64,000 nucleotides of DNA from Minisyncoccota bacterium. GTDB taxonomy: Bacteria > Patescibacteriota > Minisyncoccia > Phycocordibacterales > UBA9973. Positions 46,367-56,145 of this stretch are shown in pieces; positions within the stretch are counted from its first letter, which is position 1, and each line of letters begins with the position of its first letter. The notes under the pieces are model-generated. The model was not told where the DNA came from, did not search any database, and saw only the letters and a list, made by a program, of their open reading frames with translations. The DNA lies in the NCBI GenBank assembly GCA_041665885.1, contig JBAYHY010000003.1:4529-68528 (forward strand), read 5' to 3'. A program made the translations under genes and the position numbers.

Positions 46367-49135
46367 ATGGAACCGTCATTCTTTAAAGAAATGCCGAAGT
46401 TCAAGAGTCCTGAAGAGGAGCTAGATTATTTGCGTGCGCACGTGAAGGCCCGAGAGGAAGAATTGATCAAAGCAGGGCATATAGAGCACGCAGGAGAGCA
46501 TGCGGCGAAAGACGTAATTATAGAATATAAAAAGATTCCAGTCGAAAACGCAGTTCACAAAGACAATCTTGTTAGCAAAAAGGAAGTTGAGGGAATTGTT
46601 CTTCAACTTAAACCGGAAATGCACGATACCGTTATGGAAGAACTCTTGGGTATTGTTATTACCAAGGGAATCAGAAATGCGCTTTCGGTGGTAGAAGCAA
46701 TGAACAATCCACACGTGGATGATGATTTTCATAGGATTCTCATTCAATATATAAAGACCGGCCAGGTAATTTCTGATTATAAAGAGGGCACTCCTTTTTA
46801 CAAATCCCTCAACATGACGCTTTTCGAAATAACCCTACCACCACCCCAGGACGAAGCAGATAAATCAAAAGGTTTCAAGGAATTCATCGGCGCGATGGAG
46901 CAATTTTACGCCGGGATGCAATCTATCGGGGAAGATCGATATAACGAGAAAGAAAATTATTTTACCTTAGAAGTGGCTCTTTCGAATGAGAGCGATGAGG
47001 TGGTGATATATGCAGCAATTCCAAATAAATATATTTCACTTTTTGAAAAACAAGTTCTGGCATTTTATCATGATGCGAAGGTCCGCGAGGTGGCGGATGA
47101 TTACAATATCTTTAACGAAAAAGGGAGAGCGGCAGGCGCGTACGCGAGTTTTTCTGAACGAGCCGTGTTGCCGATTAAAACTTACGACAATATCGAGCAC
47201 GACCCGATGAATCCGATACTGAATGTTTTTTCAAAATTGAAAACCGCAGGCGAAGGAGCTGCGATTCAGCTAGTGATAGCACCGGCCGGTGATAAATTTA
47301 TAAATGAGTTTCATCATATTTTAGATGACGTGAAGGATGGCACCTCCGTAAAACACGCTGCGGATAATTTTTATAAATTCAATAAGGCTGTAATGAAGGT
47401 CGGCAAGGAGTTGCTTTTTGGCACAAAAGAAAAAGAGGAAGGGGAAAAGAAAGAAAAATACATGAAGGGAAGAAGGGCGGTAGATGAGGGGGCGGCAGAA
47501 AAGATAGGAAATAAAATCAAAAGTTCTATCATGAAAGCGAATATTCGGGTAATTGCTTCCGGAGAGAATCAGGAAAGAGCCGAGGCAATATTAAAAGAGA
47601 TTGAATCTTCCTTTAATCAATTTTCCGAGGCGGCTAGTAATTCTTTTGTGTTTGAGCGGGTTTCTGGGGGCGAATTAAAAAAACTTTTTCATGATTTTTC
47701 TTATCGCACGTTTTCTCCCGATAAAACTTTGCCGATGAATTTGAAAGAACTCTCTTCGGTGTTTCATTTTCCCGTTGGTATTGGTGGTCAGCCACAATTG
47801 AAAGAGGCAAGGGCTGGTATTGCGCCCGCCCCCATCGAGATGGCGAACGAAGGAATAATTTTAGGAGTAAATAGTTATCGAGGAAAAGATACCGAAATTC
47901 ATATGGCCCGCGAGGATCGTATGAGACATTTCTATGTTATTGGGCAAACCGGAACAGGTAAAACGAATATTATGCTCAACATGATAACTCAGGATATCAA
48001 AAATGGAGATGGATGTTGTTATATTGATCCGCACGGAACAGATATCCAAACTATTTTATCTCGCATCCCGAAGGAACGCATTGAGGACGTTATTTACTTT
48101 GATCCAGCTTATACGGCGCGACCAATGGGATTAAACATGCTCGAGTATGATCCGAAATATCCGGAGCAAAAAACTTTTGTGGTAAATGAAATGATGGGTA
48201 TTTTCAACAAGCTTTTCGACATGAAGGTGGGGGGAGGAGCGATGTTTGAACAATATTTTAGGAATAGTGCTTTTCTGGTGATGGAGGACCCCGAGTCCGG
48301 TTCGACCTTGCTCGAAATTACCCGCGTGCTGGCGGATAAAAAATTCCGCGATTATAAAATCTCTAAATGCAAAAACCCAATCATTAAACAATTCTGGGTT
48401 TCCGCTGAGCAGACGACGGGGGATCAATCCCTGGCGAACTTTGTACCATATATTTCTTCTAAGTTTGACAACTTCATATCGAACGACATTATGCGTCCGG
48501 TAGTCCTTCAACAAAATTCCGTTTTCAATTTCCGCAAGATTATGGATGAGAAGAAAATTCTTTTGGTGAATCTTTCTAAGGGAAGACTCGGGGACATCAA
48601 TGCCAACCTAATCGGTCTCGTGCTTGTCGGTAAAATCCAAATGGCGGCGCTTTCACGCGTAGATATGTTTGGCAAACCGATGAATGATTTTTATCTTTAT
48701 ATCGACGAGTTCCAAAATGTAACCACGGATTCTATCGCCTCCATTTTGTCTGAAGCTCGCAAATATAGACTTTCATTAAATATTGCGCATCAATACATAA
48801 CCCAGCTTGAAGAAAATATCAAAAATGCTGTTTTTGGCAACGTCGGTACTATGGCAGTGTTTCGTGTAGGCACCGAGGATGCCGCTTTTTTAGAACCAAA
48901 ATTTAAACCCCAATTTACTGCACAGGATATTACCAAGCTTGATAATTATAATGCCTATATGAGCATGCTTGTTAACGGTCAACCAACTAAGCCATTTAAC
49001 TTACGTGCGTTGGCTCCAGAAAAAGGTAATCCGGAAATTGTAGACAGCCTAAAAGAACTTTCATATATTAAATTCGGCCGAGATCGCGAAGAAGTGGAGA
49101 ATGAAATCATGGACAGATATAAGACTATGGAATAA
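46367..49135 (+). CDS. large P-loop NTPase, DUF87 / TraD-VirD4-like (type IV secretion coupling-protein-like)
   Basis: 922 aa; Walker A FYVIGQTGTGKTN, Walker-B-like LYIDEFQNV, HQY motif. Confidence 0.5.
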   Translation: MEPSFFKEMPKFKSPEEELDYLRAHVKAREEELIKAGHIEHAGEHAAKDVIIEYKKIPVENAVHKDNLVSKKEVEGIVLQLKPEMHDTVMEELLGIVITKGIRNALSVVEAMNNPHVDDDFHRILIQYIKTGQVISDYKEGTPFYKSLNMTLFEITLPPPQDEADKSKGFKEFIGAMEQFYAGMQSIGEDRYNEKENYFTLEVALSNESDEVVIYAAIPNKYISLFEKQVLAFYHDAKVREVADDYNIFNEKGRAAGAYASFSERAVLPIKTYDNIEHDPMNPILNVFSKLKTAGEGAAIQLVIAPAGDKFINEFHHILDDVKDGTSVKHAADNFYKFNKAVMKVGKELLFGTKEKEEGEKKEKYMKGRRAVDEGAAEKIGNKIKSSIMKANIRVIASGENQERAEAILKEIESSFNQFSEAASNSFVFERVSGGELKKLFHDFSYRTFSPDKTLPMNLKELSSVFHFPVGIGGQPQLKEARAGIAPAPIEMANEGIILGVNSYRGKDTEIHMAREDRMRHFYVIGQTGTGKTNIMLNMITQDIKNGDGCCYIDPHGTDIQTILSRIPKERIEDVIYFDPAYTARPMGLNMLEYDPKYPEQKTFVVNEMMGIFNKLFDMKVGGGAMFEQYFRNSAFLVMEDPESGSTLLEITRVLADKKFRDYKISKCKNPIIKQFWVSAEQTTGDQSLANFVPYISSKFDNFISNDIMRPVVLQQNSVFNFRKIMDEKKILLVNLSKGRLGDINANLIGLVLVGKIQMAALSRVDMFGKPMNDFYLYIDEFQNVTTDSIASILSEARKYRLSLNIAHQYITQLEENIKNAVFGNVGTMAVFRVGTEDAAFLEPKFKPQFTAQDITKLDNYNAYMSMLVNGQPTKPFNLRALAPEKGNPEIVDSLKELSYIKFGRDREEVENEIMDRYKTME

Positions 49136-49161
49136 GTCGAGTTTTACAAAAACCTTAATTT

Positions 49162-49716
49162 TTGTTAGGATATTTTTATATGATAAACACACAAGAAAGA
49201 ACACTTATTATTTTAAAGCCAGATGCGGTACAGCGAGGGTTGGCGGGCGAGATACTTTCTCGTTTTGAAAGGGTTGGTTTAAAGATTATCGGAGCAAAGA
49301 TGTTGAAGCCGGACTACGACCACTTTTTTCACCATTATGAAAATATTGGCAAGATGATTTCTCGTCGAGGTAAAAAGATATTTGATGTAACCCTAGAGAT
49401 GATGAGTGCTGGTCCGGTTATTGCTTACGTCCTAGAAGGGATTGAGGCAGTTTCTCTCGTTCGGAAGATGGTTGGGGGAACCGAACCGAAGTCTGCGTTA
49501 CCAGGAACTATCCGCGGAGATTATGCGCATATGAGTTATGCTCACGGAGATGCAAATGAGCTTGGTATCCCGAATCTTATTCATGCCTCCGGGGATCCGG
49601 AAGAAGCAAAACAGGAAATAAAACATTGGTTTTCGGAGAATGAACTTTTTGAATATGAAACTGTTCATGAAAAGTTTACTCAGACGAATAAGTCTCATTT
49701 AAACAAAAACAGCTAA
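49162..49716 (+). CDS. ndk: nucleoside diphosphate kinase
   Basis: ERTLIILKPDAVQRGLAGEILSRFERVGLKI and active-site His region. Confidence 0.9.
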   Translation: MLGYFYMINTQERTLIILKPDAVQRGLAGEILSRFERVGLKIIGAKMLKPDYDHFFHHYENIGKMISRRGKKIFDVTLEMMSAGPVIAYVLEGIEAVSLVRKMVGGTEPKSALPGTIRGDYAHMSYAHGDANELGIPNLIHASGDPEEAKQEIKHWFSENELFEYETVHEKFTQTNKSHLNKNS

Positions 49717-49969
49717 GCTTGTTTTTCTCTAAAATTCGTGTTTTTCTGGTAAAGCTCTTGCAAAACTTTTTTTGTGGAATATACTTGAAGTAGGGTTATT
49801 TCAGATTATTACCTAGAACACTAATTTATGGGAGCCCCGATCGGTTTTGGCCTTGGCCTCAAGCGTCAGGCACCCACTTAGCTATAAGCTACGGTAATAT
49901 ATCAGGAATAGTCCTAAGAAGAACTCCGCAAGTGCGGATTTTTTCTTGGAAATGTAGTAAAATAACATC

Positions 49970-50398
49970 ATGGATAGGACAAAGCTTTTAAAACATCTAG
50001 TATTTCTGATGTTTTTTATTTTTGTGGCGGATTTTATCGCTCAAAAGTTTTATTTATATACATCTATTTGGTATTTTGATATGTTTATGCATTTTGGGGG
50101 TGGTTTCTGGGAGGGGTTACTCTTTTTGTGGTTTTTCCCTCTTTTGAATTTACCGTTTTTTCATTTATCTATAGAAAAAATTGATCTTAAATTGATTTGC
50201 AAAACTATTTCGTTTGTTTTAATGATTGGAATTTTATGGGAGGTTTTTGAAATTTACACTCATAACTATCTTGGTCACGACCCTTTCAATATTCTCGATA
50301 CTGCTTCCGATATATTTTTTGATTTAGCAGGGGGGTTTATGGCCGTTTTATATTTTGTCAAAAGAATTATGGTTTTTAAGGAAAATAAAGTAGAATAA
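49970..50398 (+). CDS. hypothetical membrane protein (4 TM)
   Basis: Hydrophobicity pattern only. Confidence 0.45.
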   Translation: MDRTKLLKHLVFLMFFIFVADFIAQKFYLYTSIWYFDMFMHFGGGFWEGLLFLWFFPLLNLPFFHLSIEKIDLKLICKTISFVLMIGILWEVFEIYTHNYLGHDPFNILDTASDIFFDLAGGFMAVLYFVKRIMVFKENKVE

Positions 50399-50402
50399 GA
50401 TA

Positions 50403-51767
50403 ATGCAGAAAAATGCTAAAGTAACTTTTTGTGGAGGAGCTGGTTCGGTGACGGGCGCAAATTTTCTTTTAGAAATAGATGGCAAAAAAATTTTAATTGA
50501 TTGTGGATTAACTCAGGGAGATAAATTAGACGATGCCATCAACTGGGAACCATTCTCCTATGATCCGAAGGAGATTGAAATTCTTTTTGTTACCCATGCG
50601 CACATAGATCATTTGGGAAGAATTCCTAAATTAATCAATGACGGCTTCCGCGGGAAAATATATTCTACCGAACCGACGAGGGGGCTCGCGGGGCCAATGT
50701 TAGATGATACGATGGGTATCTTGGGGAAAAATAGAGAATTGGGATTAGACAAGATTTATACAGAGGAAAACATTAAACTAACATTATCCCTTTGGCGTGG
50801 TTTCACTTATCACGAAAAAATTAAAATTACTGACAATGTAGAAGTTAGCTTATTGAACGCCGGACATATTTTGGGCTCAGCGATGGTTCTGTTTTTGTAT
50901 AATGGTAAAAAAATTCTTTTTACCGGGGATTTGGGCAATACTCCCTCGATGCTTCTTCCCGATACTGATAAAGTTACTGACGCGGATTATTTAATCATGG
51001 AAAGCGTGTATGGCGACAGAAATCATGAATCCAGGGAAGACCGGAGGAGACTTCTCGAGGGGGTGATTGAAGATAATTTTAAAAGAAAGGGGACTTTGAT
51101 TATTCCGACTTTTTCTCTGGAGCGCTCACAGGAGCTTTTGTTTGAGCTGAATAATTTGGTAGAAAACAGTAGAATTCCAGTGATGCCAATTTTTCTCGAC
51201 TCTCCGCTCGCCATTCGTTTAACGGATGTTTTTCGACAATACAAAAGTTATTTTAATGAGAATGCTCAAAAAGTAATGTCTCACGACAAGTACTTGTTTG
51301 ATTTTCCCGGGCTACATAATACACTTGAATCCAAAGAATCAAAAATGATCGGGCAAGTGGCTAATCCGAAGATCGTTATTGCTGGCTCCGGAATGTCTAC
51401 GGGCGGGCGGATTGTGCACCACGAAAGGCATTATTTACCCGACCCGAATAATACGATTCTTTTGACTGGATATCAGTCCTTGAATACTCCCGGGCGTCTT
51501 ATTCGAGAGGGTTTAAAAACTGTTCATATCTCTGGTGAAAATGTGCCGGTCCGGGCGCACGTGGTGACTATTTCTGGATATTCGGGACATAAAGATTCTG
51601 ATGGGTTATTGGGTTTTGTGGAAGATATGCAGGATTCTGTGAAGAAAATTTTTGTCGTTATGGGCGAACCGAAGTCGTCGATGTTTTTAGTTCAGAAACT
51701 GAGAGATAATTTAGGACTTGAGGCCGTTGCGCCCAGTGCCGGAGACAGTGTTTTGCTTCCTTGTTAA
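50403..51767 (+). CDS. MBL-fold beta-CASP ribonuclease (RNase J / CPSF-like)
   Basis: HxHxDH motif (VTHAHIDHLGRIP) and beta-CASP layout. Confidence 0.8.
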   Translation: MQKNAKVTFCGGAGSVTGANFLLEIDGKKILIDCGLTQGDKLDDAINWEPFSYDPKEIEILFVTHAHIDHLGRIPKLINDGFRGKIYSTEPTRGLAGPMLDDTMGILGKNRELGLDKIYTEENIKLTLSLWRGFTYHEKIKITDNVEVSLLNAGHILGSAMVLFLYNGKKILFTGDLGNTPSMLLPDTDKVTDADYLIMESVYGDRNHESREDRRRLLEGVIEDNFKRKGTLIIPTFSLERSQELLFELNNLVENSRIPVMPIFLDSPLAIRLTDVFRQYKSYFNENAQKVMSHDKYLFDFPGLHNTLESKESKMIGQVANPKIVIAGSGMSTGGRIVHHERHYLPDPNNTILLTGYQSLNTPGRLIREGLKTVHISGENVPVRAHVVTISGYSGHKDSDGLLGFVEDMQDSVKKIFVVMGEPKSSMFLVQKLRDNLGLEAVAPSAGDSVLLPC

Positions 51768-51828
51768 TTACTGTATAACTCCATAGTAGAATTTTGTTAA
51801 AAATTTCACTACGGGGTATAATAAAAAC

Positions 51829-52449
51829 ATGAATTCACTAATAGATCTGGCCGAAAAGCATGCGCACAACAAAATAAAGATTTGCGTCTCGGGTGCTGCG
51901 GAAACAGGACACTGCGGATTAGGGGCGCTTGATTTGGCGAAAGAACTTGGTAGAGAAATCGCGCGACAAGGGGCAGTTTTGGTGAATGGGGCAACGACAG
52001 GTTTTCCATTTTGGGCGGCAATGGGCGCAAAAGAAGTGGGGGGAATTTGTATTGGCATATCACCGGCGGCTTCCGAATACGAACACGTAGAGGTTTACAA
52101 ACTTCCACTTGATTATATGGATTTGATTATTTATACCGGCTTTGGTTATCCGGGACGCGACCTCTTGATGACTCGTTCGGCTGATGCGGTAATTTGTGGT
52201 TGTGGGCGTATCGGCACTATCCACGAATTTACGGTTGCCTTTGAGGATAAAAAACCAATCGGTGTTTTTGAAGGACCTTGGGATATGGATAAAGAACTTA
52301 AAGAAATTATCGAAAAATCGCATCGTTTCAATCCGAAAATTGTTATGGAAACAGATCCGAAGAAATTGGTGGAGGGGATTATTGCCCTTGTTCGAAAAGA
52401 TAAACTTGAATATAAAGTTTCCAAAGACTCAACCTCTGATACTAATTAG
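51829..52449 (+). CDS. TIGR00725/LOG-like Rossmann-fold protein
   Basis: KICVSGAAETGHCG ... VLVNGATTG ... ICGCGRIGTIHEF pattern. Confidence 0.6.
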   Translation: MNSLIDLAEKHAHNKIKICVSGAAETGHCGLGALDLAKELGREIARQGAVLVNGATTGFPFWAAMGAKEVGGICIGISPAASEYEHVEVYKLPLDYMDLIIYTGFGYPGRDLLMTRSADAVICGCGRIGTIHEFTVAFEDKKPIGVFEGPWDMDKELKEIIEKSHRFNPKIVMETDPKKLVEGIIALVRKDKLEYKVSKDSTSDTN

Positions 52450-52475
52450 TTTTATTATTAATTCTAATTTAATAT

Positions 52476-53906
52476 ATGAAAAAAATAAAAATATCTATTA
52501 GTTTGTTGTTAACGAGTGTAATGTTTTTAATAAACATTGTCCCTGCACATGCCTCTGTCACCTGGACGCAAAATGATTGGTCTGGAGGTCCTGGGCAGGC
52601 TACCTGGTTTGATATAACAAAATACGATTCTGGTTCTGGCGTTTCTGCAACTGCTCCCAGCCAACTAGAAATAGTAGCTTCCACTGACCCGATTGATGTG
52701 TCGCGTACTATAAATTTGATTGGTGGTGGAGCAGATAATCGCTTGTCATTTCCCCATTACAATAATTATCCTGATGTGGTTTCTTTATGGAATGCTATCC
52801 CGAACGCTTCCGAGATTTATTATTTAGACGAAGTCACTGGTAATGTGGTTAGTTATACAGGAAGTTTTCTTGATCCGATTTTTGACATAGCTCCTGGTGG
52901 AGAAATGGCCGTTGACAGGTCAATAAATATTAGAACAATAGGTGCTGATCAGGATTTTTTGATGACAGGTCAGGACAAACCCACCAATTCTATTTCCCTT
53001 TATGCTTCTGGTCCGGGACATACGGGGTTAAACTGGGTCTCTCTTCCGTATAACCTTTCGGCTACTACTGCCTCGGAATTATTTAATGAAATTCCTAATG
53101 TTGCAGAATTGGATGTTTGGGATACTGTTGATTATAGCCAAAGGATATATGACGGCGGATTTAATTTGGATGATTTTCCTATTGTTCCAGGGGCAGCTAT
53201 TTTGATTAAGGTGGGGGTTGATACAACATGGACTCCCACTTTCAATCCAGCTTCCGTTGCTCATACCTCTCCTGCCACCCTCACTTCGAGCACCTACGAA
53301 GCAGACAAAGCATACGTCTGGGGTCCTTTAACCTACAGTGCAGATACTCCAGCCAACACAGTAGTTTCCTTCGAAGTTTCAACCGATGGAGGCACCATTT
53401 GGCAAACAGTCAGAAACAATACTACTCAAACTTTTGGTTTCTCTAGAACCATTATTTACAGAGCTACTCTCTCCAATACAGATGGTTTTTCTACTCCTAC
53501 CTTAACGAGTGTATCCATTGGAGGAAATTCGAAACTCTCCTCCGGAGGATATTCCGGTGTTTTTGTCTCTCCGCCAGTAGTTTCCCCACCTTCTTCCAAC
53601 CCTATCTCTAGTTGTCTACCAGGAGATGCCTTCAGTAATGCGACGGGTCTACCTTGTTCTTCTTTTACCCCCAACCCTCCTTCCGCTACTCCTACCAATA
53701 CCACTTGTTCTATTCTTCAAACCCTAAGACAAGGCAGTAAGGGAGAGGAAGTGAAATGTCTACAGACCAAACTAAATTCCAATCTAATCATTGACGGCAT
53801 GTTTGGACCACTAACCAAAGCATCAGTTGTTCAATATCAGCTGTCTCACAATCTGGTAGGGGATGGAATTGTGGGACCACTGACGAGGGGGGTGCTCAAT
53901 AAGTAG
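52476..53906 (+). CDS. secreted protein with C-terminal peptidoglycan-binding domain
   Basis: Signal peptide, Thr/Ser/Pro-rich linker, C-terminal PG_binding_1-like repeat (LRQGSKGEEVKCLQTKLN...DGMFGPLTKASVVQYQ). Confidence 0.6.
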   Translation: MKKIKISISLLLTSVMFLINIVPAHASVTWTQNDWSGGPGQATWFDITKYDSGSGVSATAPSQLEIVASTDPIDVSRTINLIGGGADNRLSFPHYNNYPDVVSLWNAIPNASEIYYLDEVTGNVVSYTGSFLDPIFDIAPGGEMAVDRSINIRTIGADQDFLMTGQDKPTNSISLYASGPGHTGLNWVSLPYNLSATTASELFNEIPNVAELDVWDTVDYSQRIYDGGFNLDDFPIVPGAAILIKVGVDTTWTPTFNPASVAHTSPATLTSSTYEADKAYVWGPLTYSADTPANTVVSFEVSTDGGTIWQTVRNNTTQTFGFSRTIIYRATLSNTDGFSTPTLTSVSIGGNSKLSSGGYSGVFVSPPVVSPPSSNPISSCLPGDAFSNATGLPCSSFTPNPPSATPTNTTCSILQTLRQGSKGEEVKCLQTKLNSNLIIDGMFGPLTKASVVQYQLSHNLVGDGIVGPLTRGVLNK

Positions 53907-53922
53907 AAAATAAAAAACCACC

Positions 53923-54300
53923 CTAAGGGGTGGTTTTTGTTGTGGCTGCAGGTTTTTGTTTCAATGTTGCTAAGATTCTGGCGAAGGTTTCAGGATTATG
54001 TTCGGCGAGACCAGAGAGAATTTTTCTATCCAATTCTATTTTGTTCTTTTTTAATGCACCAATTAATTTGGAATAAGAGATACCGAGTTCTCGAGCTCCG
54101 GCATTAATTTTTATATTCCAAAGTTTTCGATTGTGTGATTTTTTATCTTTGCGATGAGCGAAGGAATAACTGCCGGCGTGCAAAAGCGCGTCTTTGGCTT
54201 GGCGTTCCTTGGTGCTTCGGCCATGGCGAAAACCCTTTGTTTGTTTCAAAACACTTCTTCTTCTTTTTAATGCATGTACTCCCTTTTTTACTCTAGTCAT
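53923..54300 (-). CDS. rplT: 50S ribosomal protein L20
   Basis: MTRVKKGVHALKRRRSVLKQTKGFRHGRS. Confidence 0.95.
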   Translation of the reverse strand: MTRVKKGVHALKRRRSVLKQTKGFRHGRSTKERQAKDALLHAGSYSFAHRKDKKSHNRKLWNIKINAGARELGISYSKLIGALKKNKIELDRKILSGLAEHNPETFARILATLKQKPAATTKTTP

Positions 54301-54318
54301 ATTATTGTTTAAAAATTG

Positions 54319-54516
54319 TTAATTAAATGGCATCAAATGACTTTTTGGTTTGTTCTTAATAACGAAACCAGCACGCTTGCGGCCGGCTAGCTGAGTGCCA
54401 CGTGATTGTTTGGCATTAAAATGATTGAAGCCAGGCTTCCTGGAGAGAAGTTTCCCGTTTTTGGTCATCTTCAATCTCTTACTATATGATTTATTTGTTT
54501 TCATTCCCTTTCCCAT
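54319..54516 (-). CDS. rpmI: 50S ribosomal protein L35
   Basis: MGKGMKTNKSYSKRLKMTKNGKL... Confidence 0.9.
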   Translation of the reverse strand: MGKGMKTNKSYSKRLKMTKNGKLLSRKPGFNHFNAKQSRGTQLAGRKRAGFVIKNKPKSHLMPFN

Positions 54517-54542
54517 AATTTTTTGTGGCGTTAAGCCCGTAG

Positions 54543-55046
54543 TTATTTTTTTTCTATTGTTGTGGTTAGACCTTTGGGACCTTTTTTATATGGATCCGAT
54601 ATTTTATAATCCTCAGAAATCAAATGCAATACTCTGTCTAAACGTTCTCGTAAAAATTTTTCATCCATATACTTCGCGCGTCCGGCTAGATACAACTCAA
54701 CTTTGATGCGGTGTCCCTCCTTGATCCATTTGGAAGCAGTTTTTGCTTTCAACTCCAAATCATGATCTCCGGTGCCTATTTTGATTTGGATTGATTTGGT
54801 TTCGGTCTTGTTCGCTCCAGCCTTGGCCTTTTTTAATTTTTTGGCCGCCTCGTATTGATATTTGCCGAAGTCCATTAGCTTGGCAATCGGCGGATTACCA
54901 TTCGGGGATATCTCTATCAAGTCTAAGCCCTTGCTCTCCGCGAGCTCTAAGGCGTCTTTTATACTTAAAATACCGAGATTTTTGTTTTCGCTGTCTAAAA
55001 CCCGAACCTCTTTCGCCCGTATTTGGTTGTTGATTCTTTCACGCAA
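54543..55046 (-). CDS. infC: translation initiation factor IF-3
   Basis: RINNQIRAKEVRVLDSENKNLGILSIKDALELAESKGLDLIEISPN. Confidence 0.9.
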   Translation of the reverse strand: MRERINNQIRAKEVRVLDSENKNLGILSIKDALELAESKGLDLIEISPNGNPPIAKLMDFGKYQYEAAKKLKKAKAGANKTETKSIQIKIGTGDHDLELKAKTASKWIKEGHRIKVELYLAGRAKYMDEKFLRERLDRVLHLISEDYKISDPYKKGPKGLTTTIEKK

Positions 55047-55157
55047 TGTATATATAGAAAGCCCGATGAAGGGCTTAACTGCTTAGAATAATAGCGTAAT
55101 TAGAGGTTAAAGTCAACAAAGGAACAGTCGACGAGAAAATTGTGATAATATGTATTT

Positions 55158-55604
55158 ATGGCTAGTTATGCAGAAAATCGAAAAGCGAGGTTTAATTACG
55201 AATTCTTGGAAAAATACGAAACGGGTATTGAGCTTTTGGGCACGGAAGTAAAGTCTGTGCGGGGTGGGCAAATGTCGCTCGAGGGTGCCTTCATCATCGT
55301 GCGTGGGGGAGAGGTGTTCTTAATCAATGCGAATATTCCGCCATATCAACCGCAAAATTCACCGAAGGATTATGATTCGCTCCGAAATAGAAAACTTTTG
55401 CTCACAAAAAAAGAAATTACTGAGCTCGCAGGCAGTGAGAAAAATAAGAGTTTGACAATTGTACCGATTTCGGTGTATAATAAAAATAGAAAAATCAAAG
55501 TTGAAATCGCTTTGGTGAAAGGAAAGAAAAAAATCGATAAACGCGAAACTATCAAGAAGCGCGAAACGGATCGCGAGATTCGAAGGGAATACAAAGCACG
55601 TTGA
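55158..55604 (+). CDS. smpB: SsrA-binding protein SmpB
   Basis: ENRKARFNYEFLEKYETGIELLGTEVKS. Confidence 0.9.
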   Translation: MASYAENRKARFNYEFLEKYETGIELLGTEVKSVRGGQMSLEGAFIIVRGGEVFLINANIPPYQPQNSPKDYDSLRNRKLLLTKKEITELAGSEKNKSLTIVPISVYNKNRKIKVEIALVKGKKKIDKRETIKKRETDREIRREYKAR

Positions 55605-55668
55605 AAATAAAGAAAGTGAATTTTGCCCTTCGCCGGAACGGCTCAGGACAAATTTGCTTCGCAAATTT

Positions 55669-56067
55669 GGGGATGCAAGGCATAGACAGTTGGCCTATTG
55701 TTATTGATGCATACCGAGCATGAACGTAATCTCGTAAATCTTCGTTCAAATGTTAATTGCAAAATTAACTGCTAAAGTAAAAGCTGCTGTCTCTCCATTC
55801 TTCGGAATGAATGACTTCGCTTTTGCTCGAGTTTCCGCTTTAGCGTAAGCTCGTGTCTCACTTATAGACTTCCGATATATAAGCTGGGGCACAATATTAT
55901 CGGGATAGGGTTATTGAATGTCCTGGCAATACCCGAAACAAAGGGACTCGATTAAAAAATATTTGGCTCGCTTAAGAATTTTTTAATCTAAACAAAAAAA
56001 GCGTGCTATGTATGTAGACTTCTTTACAATAACCTTCTGCACCGGGGTTCGATTCCCCGCATCTCCA
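55669..56067 (+). ncRNA. ssrA: tmRNA (SsrA)
   Basis: Directly downstream of smpB. 5' GGGGATG pairs with 3' CATCTCC, with G3-U wobble as in tRNA-Ala; T-arm CGGGG-TTCGATT-CCCCG; discriminator A. Internal tag ORF gct gct gtc ... gct tta gcg taa ends ...ARVSALA*, with TAA 2 nt before the first GCT. Confidence 0.75.
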
Positions 56068-56145
56068 CTCGACTCGTAAAAAACTCTATTTATTCAATAG
56101 AGTTTTTTCATTCACATTTAATCCTTTTTGTGCTATTATCACCCC

